This document shows, in pieces, positions 62,401-64,000 of a stretch of 64,000 nt of DNA (its first letter is position 1; each line of letters begins with the position of its first letter). The notes beneath the pieces were generated by a model that saw only the letters and a program-made list of their open reading frames with translations, did not search any database and was not told where the DNA came from. Location: assembly GCF_006345805.1 (NCBI RefSeq), contig NC_043005.1, forward strand, positions 20,708,001 to 20,772,000, given 5' to 3'. The stretch is from Octopus sinensis. Lineage: Eukaryota. A program made the position numbers and the translations under genes.

Positions 62401-64000
62401 GAAGGATAACGTCTTATGTCATTAGTAGAAGAATGTCAAAATTCAACAAGGAGTGTATGTGAGTTTCAGTGACATAGCTTCCCAAAGGCAAACTATCCAC
62501 TTATTAAAATCAGAAAAAATATCATGGTTTTTATAACTTCCCATGGAAATTTCTAGAAGCGTTCTGAAATATGATTTAAAATAATTTAGGCTAAAATGGA
62601 GAATGATTTTGGATGAAATCTATAGCGGTTGTCGTTGGCTGTTCAAGTGCTTGTTATTAAATGGAAAAACAGCATGAATCATCATAAGACACTTTTGTGT
62701 ATAAATATATTGATTATTCTGTGTTCACCTTTTGTGGTGGAAGCCTGTAGTATGATACAAAAACATGTCTGTTTATATAGAAAGAAAGTTTTGATTTTTG
62801 CTTTTGCACTGAAAGAAGTAACATATAACATTTGTATTACATTATGTTTGCATGTGTAGAATGAGAACAGTCATTTTGAGAATGTGTTTGTGATAAAGTA
62901 TCTTCATTTACGAACCGCATATCTTGTGTCGAGGTGAATACACATGTGAGTCGCACGTGGAATATTGTGTGCAGAGCAACAGAGAAGACATTTGTCTTTG
63001 ACCAAAACCTGGCAGGAACTTAGATCTTCTACTGTGTAGCTCAGAACGAGGCTGGTGTCTCAGAACAAGGCTAGTGTATCAAAGCAAGGGTAGTTGTCTC
63101 ATCGATATATTCGTCTGCTGTGTAGGTCAACTTACATATTACCACGTAATATGTAGATTTGCTACAAATATTTTTAGCCAATGAGAGAACTTGTAGATTT
63201 TGTTTAGTTGTAGATTTTGTAAGCCACCAAATAAAAAGCCTTTACTACAAATCGATGCCATTTAGTGAGTATCATCAACTCCAGTTCTTCACTAATATTT
63301 TATGCTTTTGACCTCTGCAAGAATGAAAGGCAAAATTGATACTGGCTGGATTTAAACTGAATACATGAAATACTTGAATACAAATCTTAAAGCATTTCTT
63401 TCAATTCTGACACCAACTTGTGTAGTTTTCCACTCAAAATGAAAGTGAATTTGTATTTGGTTTGCAGGGCAAAATGTTACATAATCAGTAAAGTAATGTC
63501 TTGCAGTGACTAGCCATATATAGTTACCTTCTTTTATATTCTGGATTCAAAGACCATCCGGATATATTCACCTTTCATTATTCAAAGGTTGATAAAATTA
63601 GGCCTAACCAAGTACTGAGTTTCATTTATTCATATTCATTCTGAATGCAAAATGTGTGGCTTTGCATTTGTATTAGAAACCATTTTCATAAATACTGTTT
63701 TTATCCACAATAATTATAATTATTCTTGTTGCTAAAGGTGATGCATTTGCAGAATCCGAGAACATCAGATAAAATGTGTGGTGGTATTTGTTTTGGCACT
63801 TCAGCTGCTAATTCCAATTCCTACTGATGTTAATTTTGCTATTGCTGGGCCAATAAATTAAAATAGCAGTCAAGCATAGAGGCCATATTTTGTTGATTAA
63901 CTCATACCTCAAAATTTTGTCCTTTCTAAGTTAGAGATTATTATTATTGTTATTCTTTTTGTCTTTTACATTCATCTAAATCTTACTTGAATTCCAGTTG
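2176..64000 (+). CDS. Multi-exon gene (internal part only) for a large, probably extracellular protein made of Sushi/CCP-PAN-PAN repeats
   Basis: 14 exons with canonical AG/GT boundaries, all lengths multiples of 3 and phase 1-1; they join into one stop-free 970-codon frame with conserved Cys patterns and N-glycosylation sequons. 5' and 3' ends lie outside the window. Confidence 0.88.
2862..3111. mobile_element. pogo/Tigger-type MITE
   Basis: TA-flanked TIRs CAGTAATCCCT...AGGGACTACTG; the paralogous site near 61770 is empty. Confidence 0.85.
4171..4828 (+). mobile_element. 5'-truncated RTE-clade LINE (second family) with 10-bp TSD
   Basis: [36 protein letters not shown] motifs; ATATTGCAGT at 4161-4170 and 4829-4838. 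Confidence 0.88.
5186..6450 (+). mobile_element. Decayed DNA transposon 5' portion, hATm-like (tentative)
   Basis: Begins TAGGGTGGAGC; fragmented frames [37 protein letters not shown]; family assignment from recollection only. Confidence 0.45.
6516..6986. mobile_element. TcMar/pogo-type MITE
   Basis: TA-flanked imperfect TIRs CTGTATTTTCCGGTCTATAA / TTATACACTGAAAAATATGG. Confidence 0.7.
7343..8122 (+). mobile_element. Internally deleted mariner remnant
   Basis: TIR CAAGGTGGTATCAAAAAGTTCC; [11 protein letters not shown] motif near 7915-7945; same family as 40872-42113. Confidence 0.75.
8636..8872 (+). CDS. Exon A1, PAN/Apple domain type A (237 nt)
   Basis: tttcag|TCACT...GAAC|gtaatt; [15 protein letters not shown]...[30 protein letters not shown]...RDYYQRIE; CxxxC..CxxF..CxL and DYY motif of PAN domains. 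Confidence 0.9.
10029..12672 (-). mobile_element. Rearranged, deleted Gypsy-type LTR retrotransposon
   Basis: GATAC TSD (10024-10028 and 12673-12677); LTR 12368-12672 bounded by TG/CA; minus-strand RT ([15 protein letters not shown]), RNase H ([21 protein letters not shown]) and integrase (HNRHH..C..C) remnants. Confidence 0.82.
13236..13469 (+). CDS. Exon B1, PAN/Apple domain type B (234 nt)
   Basis: ctccag|CAAAA...CCAG|gtcagt; [16 protein letters not shown]...[31 protein letters not shown]...WDVYIVNP. Confidence 0.9.
13628..13662 (+). ncRNA. Degenerate minimal hammerhead ribozyme motif in a small Penelope-like insert
   Basis: gttt-CTGATGA-agag ttcc gctc-GAAA-cat t-aaac; stem III/cleavage region degraded. 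Confidence 0.5.
13775..14252 (-). mobile_element. 3' end of the RTE LINE family seen at 232-1679
   Basis: Reverse complement of the LINE tail and its ~60-bp tandem repeats; (CAT)n at the left end. Confidence 0.85.
14305..14985 (-). mobile_element. Older, related RTE 3'-UTR/tail copy
   Basis: (CAT)n followed by ttaacgtctgctttccatgctggcatgggttggac and degenerate tandem repeats. Confidence 0.75.
15060..15778 (+). mobile_element. Remnant of an RLE-endonuclease non-LTR retrotransposon (R2/R4-like 3' region)
   Basis: CRLC..EDT...SSCP zinc knuckle, RHD motif and [10 protein letters not shown] endonuclease motif; frameshifted; same family as 35075-35940. Confidence 0.65.
16083..16253 (+). CDS. Exon S2, Sushi/CCP domain (171 nt)
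   Basis: atcag|GTTTT...AAAG|gtaaca; [57 protein letters not shown]. Confidence 0.9.
18298..18537 (+). CDS. Exon A2, PAN/Apple domain type A (240 nt)
   Basis: ctctag|ATGCT...AAAT|gtaaat; [58 protein letters not shown]...RDYYQRVK. Confidence 0.88.
20260..21222 (+). mobile_element. Decayed mariner transposon
   Basis: IVT..K.W-like, [10 protein letters not shown] and YSPDLA.SDYHLF motifs in broken frames. Confidence 0.72.
21568..21798 (+). CDS. Exon B2, PAN/Apple domain type B (231 nt); absent from the ORF track
   Basis: tttcag|CTGAT...CCAG|gtcagt; hand translation [77 protein letters not shown]. Confidence 0.9.
21902..22805 (+). mobile_element. Two RTE LINE 3' fragments separated by microsatellites
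   Basis: gagggaacctgtgg...aggaagacctgggatgaggtggtgaagcatgac matches 920-1000; (GAT)n tails near 22415 and 22795. Confidence 0.8.
22981..23185 (+). mobile_element. Probable Helitron-type 5' end
   Basis: a|TCTCTATATATATAAAA followed by a (GTCT)n microsatellite, as in non-autonomous Helitron 5' ends. Confidence 0.45.
23186..23910 (+). mobile_element. Penelope-like element remnant (GIY-YIG endonuclease) with an inverted partial copy
   Basis: [10 protein letters not shown]...[18 protein letters not shown] at ~23540-23708; reverse-complement copy at 23186-23284 reads [14 protein letters not shown]. Confidence 0.72.
24226..24425 (+). mobile_element. Short RTE-tail/SINE-like insertion within a (TA)n tract
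   Basis: Matches 1475-1679. Confidence 0.8.
24479..24823. repeat. Near-perfect palindrome, 170-bp arms with a 5-nt loop
   Basis: 24479-24648 is the reverse complement of 24654-24823 with one mismatch seen; loop TGAAG. Confidence 0.93.
24680..24722 (+). ncRNA. Minimal type I hammerhead ribozyme (mirror copy on - strand at 24580-24622)
   Basis: ccac-CTGAAGA-ttgtc gatcaa gacaa-GAAA-cgattg-TA-gtgg: stem I ccac/gtgg, CUGANGA core, 5-bp stem II, GUA cleavage triplet. Confidence 0.75.
24895..25358. repeat. Long compound (TA)n microsatellite
   Basis: About 460 bp of TA with TG/CA interruptions; further tracts at ~24120-24225 and ~25560-25935. Confidence 0.95.
25359..26712. mobile_element. CR1/L2-like LINE 3' ends: + strand copy at ~25937-26365 between two arms of an inverted duplication (~25359-25706 and ~26366-26712)
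   Basis: ORF 26017-26289 [34 protein letters not shown]; (AAGGATTT) tail; the arms are near-identical reverse complements that include microsatellite sequence. Confidence 0.8.
26746..27832 (-). mobile_element. 5'-truncated RTE LINE, same family as 232-1679
   Basis: ORF 27342-27659 nearly identical to 604-1068; same tail and (CAT)n. Confidence 0.9.
27868..28897. repeat. Large inverted repeat (~440-bp arms) built from a 482-nt head-to-tail monomer; Penelope pLTR/retrozyme-like
   Basis: 27870-28310 mirrors 28356-28796; the 45-nt spacer reappears reverse-complemented at ~28797-28837, then the right arm restarts at 28838 (period 482). Confidence 0.9.
27999..28105 (-). ncRNA. Type I hammerhead ribozyme with palindromic stem III and long loop II
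   Basis: Minus strand: cttta-CTGATGA-agtgt...acacc-GAAA-cgatgcatcg-TA-taaag; the + strand copy (28561-28667) has GAAA changed to AAAA. Confidence 0.75.
28924..29150 (-). mobile_element. Probable Helitron 3' end
   Basis: Minus strand reads catgggcaacgccaggtaactctgCTAG|t: subterminal hairpin remnant plus CTAG; upstream extent uncertain. Confidence 0.55.
29960..30830 (+). mobile_element. Decayed pogo/Tigger (CENP-B-like DDE) transposase
   Basis: [59 protein letters not shown] motifs. Confidence 0.8.
30945..31150 (-). mobile_element. tRNA-derived SINE; related older copies at ~9200-9350, ~43400-43600, ~43690-43830, ~63310-63410 and upstream of each A exon
   Basis: Minus strand has B-box-like GTTCAAATTCC followed by gactttgcctttcatcc...aagtaccagtt...actggggtcgatgtaatc. 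Confidence 0.72.
31539..31590 (-). ncRNA. Minimal type I hammerhead ribozyme
   Basis: Minus strand: gtct-CTGATGA-agcgatatt attaatt aatatccta-GAAA-cagctg-TA-agac; palindromic stem III, GUA triplet, stem I gtct/agac. Confidence 0.75.
31949..32119 (+). CDS. Exon S3, Sushi/CCP domain (171 nt)
   Basis: ttccag|TCATC...AAAG|gtaatg; [57 protein letters not shown]. Confidence 0.9.
32680..32919 (+). CDS. Exon A3, PAN/Apple domain type A (240 nt), very Lys-rich
   Basis: tttcag|TCACT...AAAC|gtaatt; [58 protein letters not shown]...KDYYQRGK. Confidence 0.9.
35075..35940 (+). mobile_element. RLE-type non-LTR retrotransposon remnant (R2/R4-like)
   Basis: [47 protein letters not shown] motifs. Confidence 0.72.
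36155..36388 (+). CDS. Exon B3, PAN/Apple domain type B (234 nt)
   Basis: ttctag|CCAAT...CCTG|gtcagt; [16 protein letters not shown]...[31 protein letters not shown]...VDVYITNP. Confidence 0.9.
37540..38290 (-). mobile_element. Decayed RTE LINE RT fragment
   Basis: [31 protein letters not shown] (RT core). Confidence 0.75.
38600..39745 (+). mobile_element. Decayed RTE LINE RT-to-tail fragment
   Basis: [19 protein letters not shown] and [11 protein letters not shown] motifs followed by the family tail. Confidence 0.75.
40872..42113 (+). mobile_element. Near full-length decayed mariner
   Basis: TIRs GAGGTGATATCAAAAAGTTCC / GAAACTTTTTGATACCACCTTG-TA; ITSDES.V and [17 protein letters not shown] motifs. 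Confidence 0.85.
42191..42361 (+). CDS. Exon S4, Sushi/CCP domain (171 nt)
   Basis: ttccag|TTTTC...GAAG|gtaatg; [57 protein letters not shown]. Confidence 0.9.
44722..44892 (+). CDS. Exon S5, Sushi/CCP domain (171 nt)
   Basis: ttacag|ATTTT...AAAG|gtaatg; [57 protein letters not shown]; an in-frame alternative acceptor is possible at 44731. Confidence 0.88.
45108..46330 (-). mobile_element. Old RTE-tail-bearing element with a purine-rich body; a similar element lies on + at ~36510-37470
   Basis: (CAT)n plus tail motif at 45108-45310; low-complexity body. Confidence 0.5.
48773..49009 (+). CDS. Exon A4, PAN/Apple domain type A (237 nt)
   Basis: ctctag|ATTCT...AAAT|gtaatt; [58 protein letters not shown]...RDYYQRVK. 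Confidence 0.9.
49505..50458 (-). mobile_element. Decayed mariner transposon
   Basis: [26 protein letters not shown]-like and [11 protein letters not shown] motifs; TIR-like end TTGGGTTGGT near 50457. Confidence 0.72.
50850..53060 (+). mobile_element. L1/Tx1-clade LINE ORF2 remnant (APE endonuclease to RT start), interrupted by a solo LTR
   Basis: [42 protein letters not shown] and KFLAKVL motifs. Confidence 0.75.
51238..52131. mobile_element. Solo LTR (894 bp)
   Basis: TGTAGTGGA...TCCACTACA inverted termini; 4-bp TSD CATA (51234-51237, 52132-52135); splits the L1 WKFNA coding stretch. Confidence 0.82.
53888..54118 (+). CDS. Exon B4, PAN/Apple domain type B (231 nt)
   Basis: ccccag|CTGAC...CCAG|gtcagt; [57 protein letters not shown]...WDVYLMSP. 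Confidence 0.9.
54235..59107 (+). mobile_element. pogo/Tigger transposon (transposase remnant at ~57140-58850) with nested insertions
   Basis: [47 protein letters not shown] motifs and an acidic C-terminus; Tigger-like termini; left boundary approximate. Confidence 0.72.
54689..56722. mobile_element. Nested DNA transposon, hAT-like (tentative)
   Basis: Imperfect TIRs CAGAGGTGGGC / ACCCAGTTCTG with GTTAAC/TTAAC subterminal repeats at both ends; inserted in (TA)n. Confidence 0.55.
59710..60560 (-). mobile_element. mariner transposase remnant
   Basis: ORF 59766-60203: [21 protein letters not shown]; TIR TTGGGTCATTGCATAAATAA after (TA)n. Confidence 0.85.
61124..61294 (+). CDS. Exon S6, Sushi/CCP domain (171 nt), close paralog of S1
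   Basis: ttccag|TGTTA...AAAG|gtaatg; [57 protein letters not shown]. Confidence 0.9.
61900..63100 (-). mobile_element. Possible highly decayed Penelope-like remnant
   Basis: Minus-strand fragments resembling [14 protein letters not shown]; absent from the paralogous S1-A1 intron; weak. Confidence 0.35.
63998..64000 (+). CDS. Start of the predicted next exon A5 (PAN type A), cut by the window edge
   Basis: 63490-63997 aligns with the intron just upstream of A1 (8140-8635) and ends in ...ttgaattccag|. Confidence 0.7.

Noticed and set aside
2176-64000. Assigning a known gene symbol (e.g. CSMD, SVEP1, factor XI, cephalotoxin)
   Set aside because: The domain architecture does not match any of these; no CUB, EGF, TSP1 or protease exons are seen in the window.

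Overview
AT-rich, repeat-dense eukaryotic DNA. The RTE-LINE/SINE families with (GAT)n tails, mariner/pogo remnants and long (TA)n/(CA)n tracts suggest a cephalopod, probably Octopus (inference from repeat content). The whole window lies inside one large + strand gene. I read 14 complete phase-1/phase-1 exons (2910 nt, 970 codons, one continuous frame) plus the first 3 nt of a 15th. Each exon encodes one domain, in the order S-A-B-S-A-B-S-A-B-S-S-A-B-S-(A), where S is a short Sushi/CCP domain and A and B are two types of 4-Cys PAN/Apple domain. The array shows nested duplications (3-exon unit, 6-exon unit and a ~59 kb repeat). No start, signal peptide or stop exon is visible. The introns hold many decayed transposons, several with clear TSDs or paralogous empty sites. 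They also contain Penelope/retrozyme-like minimal type I hammerhead ribozyme motifs, two of them inside near-perfect long palindromes (24.5-24.8 kb and 27.9-28.9 kb). All calls come from manual reading; no database search was run.
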